A stretch of 16,613 nt of DNA. It comes from Candidatus Izemoplasmatales bacterium (GTDB lineage Bacteria > Bacillota_I > Bacilli_A > Izemoplasmatales > Hujiaoplasmataceae). The position numbers were made by a program, and so were the translations under genes. The notes beneath the pieces are model-generated. The model saw nothing but the letters and a program-made list of their open reading frames with translations. It did not search any database and had not been told where the DNA came from. The DNA is taken from NCBI GenBank assembly GCA_050177605.1, contig JBFXGX010000032.1, positions 1 through 16,613 on the forward strand, given 5' to 3'. Below are positions 1-7,572 of the stretch, piece after piece (the first letter of the stretch is position 1; every line of letters starts with the position of its first letter).

Positions 1-1
1 T

Positions 2-97
2 TTTGAAAGAATAAAGCAAGCACCTAAAGCAATTACATATAAAACATATCTAAACGATAAAGGAATACTGAACGTATTGGAGAGTAAGCTGGATTAA
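2..97 (+). CDS. 3' end of an unidentified gene entering from the left edge (…FERIKQAPKAITYKTYLNDKGILNVLESKLD*)
   Basis: Frame 2 is open from the window edge to TAA at 95-97 and is followed by a hairpin plus T-run; too short to assign a family. Confidence 0.55.
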   Translation, partial: FERIKQAPKAITYKTYLNDKGILNVLESKLD

Positions 98-129
98 CAA
101 CACTCTTCACCAAACGTCAGTTTTTTTTT
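67..129 (+). terminator. Possible long imperfect intrinsic terminator overlapping the end of the first gene
   Basis: ACTGAACGTATTGGAGAGT (67-85) can pair, with bulges, to ACTCTTCACCAAACGTCAGT (102-121); T9 run at 121-129. Confidence 0.4.
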
Positions 130-138
130 GCACTTCTA

Positions 139-167
139 TTGATAAATTGTTCAAAAAAGACTATGAT
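139..167 (+). promoter_or_regulatory. Putative sigma-A promoter for the EAL gene
   Basis: TTGATA (139-144), 17-nt spacer, TATGAT (162-167); SD-like AAGGTGG at 209-215 before GTG 223. Confidence 0.45.
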
Positions 168-222
168 AAATCTGTAAATTCGTTTCAATCAGTATAGATT
201 CGTGTGAAAAGGTGGTGGCAGT

Positions 223-411
223 GTGGAGACATTTCTTTCTTCTGTTGAACGTTTTATACTACATCGAGTACCGAAATTAAGAATTTATGCAATTGTATTT
301 ATTTTATTATCTGTGCCAGCAGTTTATTTGTTAGTCTATTTACGGGAGGAATTAAGTACGTCTATTCACACACGATGTATATTCCAATATTATTGGCTGG
401 TATTTTCTTAG
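223..411 (+). pseudogene. N-terminal membrane-segment fragment of the EAL protein, separated by a 1-nt frameshift at about 339-342
   Basis: A good RBS precedes GTG 223. The hydrophobic helix …VPAVYLLVY continues in the frame of the 375 ORF as TGGIKYVYSHTMYIPILLAG if one base is added at tattt|acg. ATG 375 has no RBS at normal spacing. Confidence 0.7.
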
Positions 412-1859
412 GGAAAAAATATGGTGTTATTACCGCTTTATTTGCTGGTGTGTTACTTGGGCCTTTAATGCCAATTGATACCATTTCAGGTGAAATGCAA
501 ATTCCGATTAACTATCTTTATCGTTTAGGAATATTTATGTTGGTTGGTTTTTTTAGTGGATTTGCATCTGATTTACTTAGAAAGCAAATTAAATCGATAT
601 TAAAAGCTGTTTCATTAAATCAAGAAACACAAGTGCCAAATACCAACCATCTGATGAATTTAGACTTCACGAAAGATTATTATCCAGGTGCGCTGTTAAT
701 TACGGTAATTATTAATAATTCGAATACAATTATTGATGTTCTTGGTTTAAAGAAACTTCATCTAATCATTTATGAAGTCTATCATAACTTATTACACGTT
801 TTTAATGAACCTTGTCATATCGTTCAATCTGGTGTTGATAAATTATGGATTATGAAGCCATTTAGCGACATAGAAGAAGATATGAAAATACTAGATTTAG
901 CGCTTCATGAACAAATTATTATCGATAACGTGTCTTTCTATGTGGAGTATAGTGTTGGATGCGCTTATAGTGGTGAAATTGAAAAGATTTCTTCATTAGA
1001 GCCTTTCTCACATAGCGATATTTCAGCTCGCGAGGCTTTTAACGAAAATCGAAAATATATTTTCTACGATGAATCCTATTTTAAAAAGCTCAAAAATTTT
1101 GAATTATTAGGATCGTTTAAAGACGCTATTATGAATGAAGAATTGTTTTTGGTTTACCAGCCAAAAATGGACATAATTACCAACAAACCTTATGGAATTG
1201 AAGCATTAATTCGTTGGCAACATCCAACCAAAGGGACGATTTTTCCAGACAGTTTCATTCCACTCGTTGAAGAGACCAAATTAATACACAGCTTAACGAA
1301 TTTTGTGATTCATAAGAGCTTAGAACAAATCAAGAAGTTTGATGAACAAGGAATTGATACGACCATCTCCATCAATGTTTCTGGCAAGGACTTATATTAT
1401 CCTGATTTTGCTCAAAATGTCATTGATCTTGTTAAGTCATCCAATATCAATCCGGAACGATTTGAAATTGAAATTACAGAAACTTCATTGATGACCAATG
1501 CAGAAGCAAGTAAAGCAGTTCTCCAAAAACTATTTAAAACTGGAATCAAAATCTCTCTTGATGACTATGGTACAGGGTATAGTTCACTTGCATATCTAAG
1601 TACTTTCCCAATTCACGTATTGAAAATTGATCGAGCATTTATCGCTCAAATGTCAGAAAATCCGAATGTCATTCAAATCGTAAAATCAACGATTAACCTT
1701 GCGCATGAACTGGGTTACCAAGTTGTAGCCGAAGGAATCGAAACAGCGGAAGATGAGTCCATTTTAAAAACACTTGGATGTGACAAAGGACAAGGGTATT
1801 ATTATGCAAAACCTATGACTGAAGAACTTACTTTAAAATGGATGAAAGAACATCTGTAA
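375..1859 (+). CDS. Membrane-anchored c-di-GMP phosphodiesterase (N-terminal TM helices, degenerate GGDEF, EAL domain); true start probably 223 via frameshift
   Basis: EAL motifs YQPK, EALIRW, INVS, EITE, DDYGTGYSS, KIDRAF, VAEGIE and QGYYYAKP are present; the GGDEF position reads SGVDKL (degenerate). Confidence 0.9.
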   Translation: MYIPILLAGIFLGKKYGVITALFAGVLLGPLMPIDTISGEMQIPINYLYRLGIFMLVGFFSGFASDLLRKQIKSILKAVSLNQETQVPNTNHLMNLDFTKDYYPGALLITVIINNSNTIIDVLGLKKLHLIIYEVYHNLLHVFNEPCHIVQSGVDKLWIMKPFSDIEEDMKILDLALHEQIIIDNVSFYVEYSVGCAYSGEIEKISSLEPFSHSDISAREAFNENRKYIFYDESYFKKLKNFELLGSFKDAIMNEELFLVYQPKMDIITNKPYGIEALIRWQHPTKGTIFPDSFIPLVEETKLIHSLTNFVIHKSLEQIKKFDEQGIDTTISINVSGKDLYYPDFAQNVIDLVKSSNINPERFEIEITETSLMTNAEASKAVLQKLFKTGIKISLDDYGTGYSSLAYLSTFPIHVLKIDRAFIAQMSENPNVIQIVKSTINLAHELGYQVVAEGIETAEDESILKTLGCDKGQGYYYAKPMTEELTLKWMKEHL

Positions 1860-1872
1860 TTTATTATATAAA

Positions 1873-1900
1873 TTGACATTGAAAATAGTTTTGATATAAT
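1873..1900 (+). promoter_or_regulatory. Near-consensus sigma-A promoter with extended -10 for the HAD-pcp operon
   Basis: TTGACA (1873-1878), 16-nt spacer, TG-a-TATAAT (1892-1900). Confidence 0.8.
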
Positions 1901-1926
1901 AGTGTAAAAGAACGATGAGGTGCACT

Positions 1927-2643
1927 ATGTTCAAAACTATTTTTTTTGATTTAGATGGAACACTACTTGGGCTTGATGAAGATAAATTCATCAAGCTTTA
2001 TTTTGGAACTCTTGGAAAAAAGTTCGCTGGACTTGGATTTGAAGTCAATACATTTTTGAACGCGGTATGGTATGGGACAAAAAAAATGCGTGACAATGAT
2101 GGTGAAAAATCGAATGAAGACGTTTTCTGGCCGGCCTTTTATGAAATGGTGGATGGAGATAAAGCATTGATTGAGAGCGAATTTTTATCTTTTTATCAAA
2201 ACGATTTTGACGTCGTTGTGGAAAGCACTTATCCTTCTGTATATCCTAAAAAAATAATCGAGTTACTAAAGAAACATCAAATACGAATTTTTCTAGCAAC
2301 CAATCCTTTGTTTCCAGCCATTGCGACACACAAAAGAATTCAGTGGGCAGGACTAGAACCTGAAAATTTTGAATGGATTACCACCTATGAGAACTCCAAT
2401 TTTTCTAAGCCGAGTCTTGGATATTATAAGATGATTACTGATAAATTTGGTTTAGATCCTCATGAATGTATGATGGTTGGAAATGATGCCTATGAAGATA
2501 TGGCAGCTGAACATCTGGGAATGGATACCTTTCTTGTTACGAATCATTTAAATAATGAGCATAAAAAAGATATCAGTGTATTTAAAAATGGAACGCTAGA
2601 GGAATTCTATCTCTATCTTGTAAAAGAACTAGAAGGTGAATGA
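1927..2643 (+). CDS. HAD-superfamily hydrolase (phosphatase-like)
   Basis: Motif I DLDGT, motif II ATN, motif III SKP, motif IV GND..ED; RBS GAGGTG (1917-1922) favours ATG 1927 over 1915. Confidence 0.9.
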   Translation: MFKTIFFDLDGTLLGLDEDKFIKLYFGTLGKKFAGLGFEVNTFLNAVWYGTKKMRDNDGEKSNEDVFWPAFYEMVDGDKALIESEFLSFYQNDFDVVVESTYPSVYPKKIIELLKKHQIRIFLATNPLFPAIATHKRIQWAGLEPENFEWITTYENSNFSKPSLGYYKMITDKFGLDPHECMMVGNDAYEDMAAEHLGMDTFLVTNHLNNEHKKDISVFKNGTLEEFYLYLVKELEGE

Positions 2644-2644
2644 G

Positions 2645-3214
2645 ATGAACGTATTAATCACAGCTTTTGAACCCTTTGATGACCGTAGTGTTAATTCAAG
2701 TATGGTATTACTTGAAAACCTTGAAATAGAGGATATTTCACTGACAAAAGTGATCCTTCCGGTCACTTACGATATATCGAAACTAGAAGACTTGATGGCG
2801 CATTATCCAAATTTTGATCTTATTCTCCATCTTGGTGAAGCTCAGAATCGCAAGAAAGTATCACTAGAAGCCATCGCTATCAATAAACAAGGCGCTTCGA
2901 TTCAAGATAATAGAGGTATCACGAAACAGGATGAAATAATCTTTCAAGATGGTCCAGTCGGATATGAAACGACGATTCCATTAAAAAAAATAATATCACA
3001 GATTTCGAATCCTCATCTAGAAATCAGTTATCATGCAGGAACATATATCTGTAATTTAACGTACTATCAGTCACTCCACTACATCAACACCCATCAAATG
3101 AATCAATTATGTCTTTTTATCCACTACCCATTGTTTGGAGAAAATACATTATCGCTTGAAGAAGCATTAAATATCACGAGGTTAGTCATCAATGAAATCA
3201 AAAAGACACACTAG
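2645..3214 (+). CDS. pcp: Pyroglutamyl-peptidase I (pyrrolidone-carboxylate peptidase, peptidase C15)
   Basis: N-terminal LITAFEPF, catalytic Glu (LEAIAIN), Cys (AGTYICN) and His (FIHYP); RBS AAGGTGA (2633-2639) and ATG 2645 coupled to the HAD stop. Confidence 0.9.
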   Translation: MNVLITAFEPFDDRSVNSSMVLLENLEIEDISLTKVILPVTYDISKLEDLMAHYPNFDLILHLGEAQNRKKVSLEAIAINKQGASIQDNRGITKQDEIIFQDGPVGYETTIPLKKIISQISNPHLEISYHAGTYICNLTYYQSLHYINTHQMNQLCLFIHYPLFGENTLSLEEALNITRLVINEIKKTH

Positions 3215-3238
3215 AACAATCTAGTATGTCTTTTTTTT
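3200..3238. terminator. Intrinsic terminator between convergent pcp and the membrane protein gene, probably bidirectional
   Basis: AAAAAGACACACTAG-aacaat-CTAGTATGTCTTTTTTTT: stem with one mismatch, flanked by A and T tracts. Confidence 0.75.
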
Positions 3239-3256
3239 GGGGAAAAACGAACGAAA

Positions 3257-4195
3257 TTATATGATAGGGATTAAAAAGGTAAATATCAGGGTAATGAAAT
3301 TGGCAAGAAGTGCATAATAGATTGCTCTTCTGCGAGTGAATTCTTTAAAACCAAAATAATAAATCAACATCTCTATCATCAACACGAGGATCTCATATAG
3401 TAATAATTGTGAAAGATAATTTAACGCAGGAAATAAACGATCATAAAAGTAGAAGAAACAAAGCGTAATCATCGACTGAGTAACGAGATTTGCGGATATC
3501 ACGAGTAGATAAGTGGCTATCTTCTCATATTGAAAAAAATACAAGAGAATAATTTCAATGGATAGTGTAAGGGTAAATCGAAATAGAAAATCAATAAAAC
3601 TTGGAAGAACTGTTTGAGAATCATTATTCTCAACAATCAGCGGCGTGATAGAGTCAAACGAATAGTCGATACCATTTTCAAGAGGAGTTACGTCAAATGA
3701 ATGTGAAAAATCAAAAGATATTCCTGAAACATCGAGTGTAAATGTTGCTTGAAAATATTCTTTTTCAATAATATTACTGGAAATAATATATCCATCGGTT
3801 GTATAAAAAACAATTTTAAACGTGGTTGGACAAATTAAATACCCTGTTTTATATTGAGCATATCCTAATTCATCAAGGCCTAAGTTATTCAGTGCGTGTG
3901 GTAGCGTAGTATATAATGTGAATGAGGCATAGCCGTCTTCATCAATATAACCTTCCATGTTTCTTGGAAAGAACGTATAATAGTCAGCTTCATCAATCTC
4001 CGCCCAGTCACTTTCGCTAAGCGTAAGAATGGTATCAGGAGCTTTTACGAACAAATCAAAATAAATGTTTTGATCAGGAAGACCAGAGATCACAAATAGG
4101 GACGATGGCTTTGGACCCATATCGGCACTTACATATGTGACAAAATGGAGAAGTATAAAAAGACAGAAAAAGAGGGCAAAGGAAATTTTTTTCAT
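3257..4195 (-). CDS. Uncharacterised membrane protein (signal peptide, extracellular domain starting DMGPKPS, four C-terminal TM helices)
   Basis: 312-aa ORF with RBS GAAAGGTGG upstream; MKK, hydrophobic core and VSA cleavage-like site; hydrophobic C-terminal third. Confidence 0.8.
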   Translation of the reverse strand: MKKISFALFFCLFILLHFVTYVSADMGPKPSSLFVISGLPDQNIYFDLFVKAPDTILTLSESDWAEIDEADYYTFFPRNMEGYIDEDGYASFTLYTTLPHALNNLGLDELGYAQYKTGYLICPTTFKIVFYTTDGYIISSNIIEKEYFQATFTLDVSGISFDFSHSFDVTPLENGIDYSFDSITPLIVENNDSQTVLPSFIDFLFRFTLTLSIEIILLYFFQYEKIATYLLVISANLVTQSMITLCFFYFYDRLFPALNYLSQLLLYEILVLMIEMLIYYFGFKEFTRRRAIYYALLANFITLIFTFLIPII

Positions 4196-4279
4196 AGCTA
4201 ACCACCTTTCAATAAAATAAACATCGGATAACGAGGTTTTGTTGGAAATATTTATTATTCTTCAGTTGTGTTTCATTTC

Positions 4280-4308
4280 TTTACAAAAGAGTGAATTTCA
4301 TATATAAT
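4280..4308 (+). promoter_or_regulatory. Putative sigma-A promoter for the deoxynucleoside kinase
   Basis: TTTACA (4280-4285), 17-nt spacer, TATAAT (4303-4308). Confidence 0.65.
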
Positions 4309-4340
4309 GTTTGTAATGAATTTTGGACATGGAGGATATT

Positions 4341-4958
4341 ATGAGAATTGGGATTATCGGACCCATTGGTAGTGGGAAATCGACTTTATCGAAAAAATTG
4401 GCGAAATATTATGACTGTGCTTTAGTCAAAGAACCAGTTGAAAAGAATGAATATTTACCACTGTTTTACCAAGATAAAGAAACATTTGCGCTTCTTAGCC
4501 AAAACGCTTTTTATTCATCACTCTTTTTGCTGATGTGGAAGACAAAAGATTTACAAGATGTCGTTTGTGATTCTACTTTATTTTCAAATTTGGTTTTTAC
4601 CGAATTATTAAGGCTTGAAGGAATTATGTCAGCTATGGAGGTTGCTTTGACTTACGCTGTTGCTGATGAGCATTTAAAAAGAATTCCTGATGTTGACCTA
4701 CATATCGTTATTGTTCGTGAAACAGAACAATTATTCGAAAATGTACGAAAACGTGGTCGCGATATTGAACAGGATCAACATGATTATTTAACTTTCCATT
4801 ATGCCCATTATTATGATGTTTTAGCACGTATATTTAAAAACTATAAAGTCCCAGAAAAGAAAATTCTGTGGCTGAAAATTAATGATATGAAAGAAGAAGA
4901 GGAATTTGAATCAATCGTCAAAGCGATTGAAGAAAAATACAAAAAATTAAGCGACTAG
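4341..4958 (+). CDS. Deoxynucleoside kinase (dNK; dCK/dGK family)
   Basis: P-loop GPIGSGKST, catalytic Glu in EPV, LPLFY, lid RKRGRDIE; RBS GGAGGA (4331-4336) favours ATG 4341. Confidence 0.88.
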   Translation: MRIGIIGPIGSGKSTLSKKLAKYYDCALVKEPVEKNEYLPLFYQDKETFALLSQNAFYSSLFLLMWKTKDLQDVVCDSTLFSNLVFTELLRLEGIMSAMEVALTYAVADEHLKRIPDVDLHIVIVRETEQLFENVRKRGRDIEQDQHDYLTFHYAHYYDVLARIFKNYKVPEKKILWLKINDMKEEEEFESIVKAIEEKYKKLSD

Positions 4959-4975
4959 TTCATCTAGTCGCTTTT
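4949..4975. terminator. Hairpin formed by the last codons of two convergent genes; probable bidirectional terminator
   Basis: Perfect 10-bp inverted repeat AAGCGACTAG (4949-4958) / CTAGTCGCTT (4964-4973) with a 5-nt loop. Confidence 0.65.
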
Positions 4976-5902
4976 CAATTCGTTAAAATAGTATAGGGTA
5001 TCATGAAGTGTATCTTCAATCGGTCTAGGACGTGTTTGAAAGAAGGCATCTGTATGGTGGGTATTATAATTATAATTATCATAGACAGCATCCAGCATTA
5101 CACGAGTATATTGTTTTGTAAATAGCAAGCCAAGATACGCCAACCACTTTGGAATATAGATAAAATGTGGTTGAATATTACTAAATCTAGCAATTTGACT
5201 GTATAGATAGTGAATTGTTAAAGGCTTATTTCCTAAGATATATGAGCCAGTGATTCTATTTTTATAGGCTTCAATAATATAGTGTGAAACATCCCGAACA
5301 TCGATAAAATTATATCCACCATGAATGTTAAAAAAGACATGCTTTTTCATGGCTTTGATTATTTCTTTTCCAGCTTCTGACGGTTTATAATCATGTGGAC
5401 CAATAACAGCAGTTGGATAAAATATCGTCGCTTGAATCTCTTTCTTTTTCATTATGTCGAGAAGGTATTTTGTTGCCTTTGCTTTGGTAAAAGCATAATT
5501 ACTTTTTTGTGTTAATTGAATTGATGTTGGTTCATGAATCTCGCCCACCAAATCATCACGTTCAATGATGTCAACGCTGCTTGTGTAGATAAAATAGAGT
5601 TGTTTTTGAACCGCTAAATCAATCAAGGCGCGTGTACCAAAATCATTGACTAAGATGCATTCTTCTAGCTGGTTATTTTGAAGATCAATGTTCGCCGCTA
5701 AATGAATTAATGTATCGCCTGATCTGACAATTTTTTCCATCACCGATGTATCAAAAATATCACAGATAATGATTTTATCTTTAAAAGATTCAACTGCATT
5801 TGAAGGTTGTCTTAAAAGCAGTCGAAAATCAATTGCTTGTTTAGACATTTCCCTTGCGAGATTATTCCCAATATGACCTGTAGCACCAGTAATATAAATC
5901 AT
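4964..5902 (-). CDS. NAD-dependent epimerase/dehydratase family protein (extended SDR, dihydroflavonol-reductase-like)
   Basis: TGATGHIG Rossmann motif, HLAA, YTSS, YAFTK (YxxxK), IGPHD, FIDVRDV; RBS GGAGAG favours ATG at 5902. Confidence 0.88.
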   Translation of the reverse strand: MIYITGATGHIGNNLAREMSKQAIDFRLLLRQPSNAVESFKDKIIICDIFDTSVMEKIVRSGDTLIHLAANIDLQNNQLEECILVNDFGTRALIDLAVQKQLYFIYTSSVDIIERDDLVGEIHEPTSIQLTQKSNYAFTKAKATKYLLDIMKKKEIQATIFYPTAVIGPHDYKPSEAGKEIIKAMKKHVFFNIHGGYNFIDVRDVSHYIIEAYKNRITGSYILGNKPLTIHYLYSQIARFSNIQPHFIYIPKWLAYLGLLFTKQYTRVMLDAVYDNYNYNTHHTDAFFQTRPRPIEDTLHDTLYYFNELKSD

Positions 5903-5932
5903 AATTCTCTCCACTTCAGTACATTCTTTTTT

Positions 5933-5968
5933 TATTATAACAAAAATAAATTAATCTATGTTATAATA
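5933..5968. promoter_or_regulatory. Back-to-back extended -10 promoters for the SDR (-) and ALDH (+) genes
   Basis: TGtTATAAT on the + strand (5959-5967) and on the - strand (5942-5934). Confidence 0.6.
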
Positions 5969-5998
5969 TTTCAAAAATAACAATTAATGGAGGGAAAT

Positions 5999-7360
5999 AT
6001 GATCCAAGAAAAAGTACAAAAACAGCGCGATTTTTTTAATACTGGTGAGACCAAAAGTTATGCATATAGATTATTTATGTTGAAAACATTAAGAGAAGGG
6101 ATCCTTCATTTTCAAGATGAAATTAATGAAGCGTTAATGGCTGACCTTCATAAATCAGCATTTGAAACATATATGTCTGAAACAGGTGTCGTTTTAGCGG
6201 AAATAACCCACACGATAAAACATCTTAAGAAGTGGATGAAACCAAAAAGAGTTTCAACCCCTTTACCACTTTTTTTAGCAAAAAGCTTTACTTTGGCTGA
6301 GCCTTATGGGGTTGTATTAATTATGAGTCCTTGGAATTATCCTTTCCAACTTGCATTAGATCCCTTAGTAGGAGCGATTGCATCTGGAAATACAGCGATC
6401 GTAAAACCGGCATCCTATGCGCCACATACATCCTTAATCATTGAGAAACTAATCGAATATTGCTTTCAACCAGAATATATCACAACAGTCCTAGGTGGCA
6501 GAGAAGAAAACACATTATTGCTTGAACAACGATTTGATTATATCTTCTTCACTGGTTCAACGAGTGTAGGAAGGCTTGTCATGGAAAAGGCGAGTGTCAA
6601 TTTGACTCCAATATCACTTGAACTTGGCGGAAAAAGCCCTTGTATCATCGATGATAATGTTGGATTAAAACTTGTTGCGAGACGTGTTGCATTTGGTAAA
6701 TTTCTCAATGCAGGTCAAACCTGCGTTGCCCCTGATTATGTTTATATGAAGAAATCTCAAGTTGAAGAATTTGTCAGTTATGTAAAACAAGAAATTATTT
6801 CTTTCTTTGGAGATAATCCACTTGAATCACCAGAACTACCAAAAATAATCAACACAAAACATTTAACTCGACTCCTTGGATTAATCGAAGGAGAAATGAT
6901 TGTTCTAGGTGGAAAACATAACGAAACCATGTTAGAACCTACCGTTGTGACAGGCATAACCCCTCAGTCTAAAGTAATGTCTGAAGAAATTTTCGGACCA
7001 ATACTACCTATTCTAACCTATGATAAAATTGAAGAAGTCTATAACTATGTTTTAAGCCAACCAAAACCACTTGCACTTTATCTTTTCACAAATGATAAAA
7101 AACTTGAAAAAGAAGTTCTCTCTAAACTAAGTTTTGGTGGCGCAACCATTAATGATACAATCATGCATTTTGCGACTACTGAAATGGGCTTTGGTGGTGT
7201 AGGTGACTCCGGAATTGGAAAATACCATGGGAAAAACAGTTTTGATACGTTCTCAAATATTCGCGGTATTGTAAAAAGAAGTAACCTCGTTGACCTCCCG
7301 ATGAGGTATCATCCATATACAAAATCGAAATTCAATTTATTAAAGAAATTTTTAAAGTAG
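5999..7360 (+). CDS. Aldehyde dehydrogenase (ALDH3/YwdH-like)
   Basis: PWNYP, FTGS, LELGGKSP (catalytic Glu), NAGQTCVAPDY (catalytic Cys), EEIFGP; RBS GGAGGG (5989-5994) suggests ATG 5999 (alternative 5987). Confidence 0.93.
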   Translation: MIQEKVQKQRDFFNTGETKSYAYRLFMLKTLREGILHFQDEINEALMADLHKSAFETYMSETGVVLAEITHTIKHLKKWMKPKRVSTPLPLFLAKSFTLAEPYGVVLIMSPWNYPFQLALDPLVGAIASGNTAIVKPASYAPHTSLIIEKLIEYCFQPEYITTVLGGREENTLLLEQRFDYIFFTGSTSVGRLVMEKASVNLTPISLELGGKSPCIIDDNVGLKLVARRVAFGKFLNAGQTCVAPDYVYMKKSQVEEFVSYVKQEIISFFGDNPLESPELPKIINTKHLTRLLGLIEGEMIVLGGKHNETMLEPTVVTGITPQSKVMSEEIFGPILPILTYDKIEEVYNYVLSQPKPLALYLFTNDKKLEKEVLSKLSFGGATINDTIMHFATTEMGFGGVGDSGIGKYHGKNSFDTFSNIRGIVKRSNLVDLPMRYHPYTKSKFNLLKKFLK

Positions 7361-7398
7361 AACACTAAAAAAAACAATATGAAAGTGCTTTCCTCATC

Positions 7399-7428
7399 TT
7401 GCTTTTTGTGATGTTCCTATGTTAAACT
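7399..7428 (+). promoter_or_regulatory. Putative promoter for the riboswitch leader
   Basis: TTGCTT (7399-7404), 18-nt spacer, TG-t-TAAACT (7420-7428). Confidence 0.45.
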
Positions 7429-7463
7429 AGTTTTGTTTTGTTACAGTGAATTTTATAGCAATC

Positions 7464-7530
7464 GCCAATATATTATGGATAATTTGGTTCCATAGTCTCT
7501 ACAAAATGACCTAATCATTTAACTATTGGT
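7464..7530 (+). ncRNA. Purine (guanine-type, C74) riboswitch aptamer
   Basis: P1 GCCAATA/TATTGGT, P2 TATGGA/TCCATA with L2 ending in GG, J2/3 GTCTCTAC, P3 AAATGA/TCATTT with L3 CCTAA, J3/1 AC with C at 7523; lies upstream of a purine permease. Confidence 0.88.
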
Positions 7531-7572
7531 AACTTATGCAATGTCTACTTTTTTTTGACGTTGTTTTATGTT

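Noticed and set aside
223..411. Independent 62-aa small protein
   Set aside because: Its last ~22 aa are out-of-frame read-through of the EAL gene after the frameshift at about 341.
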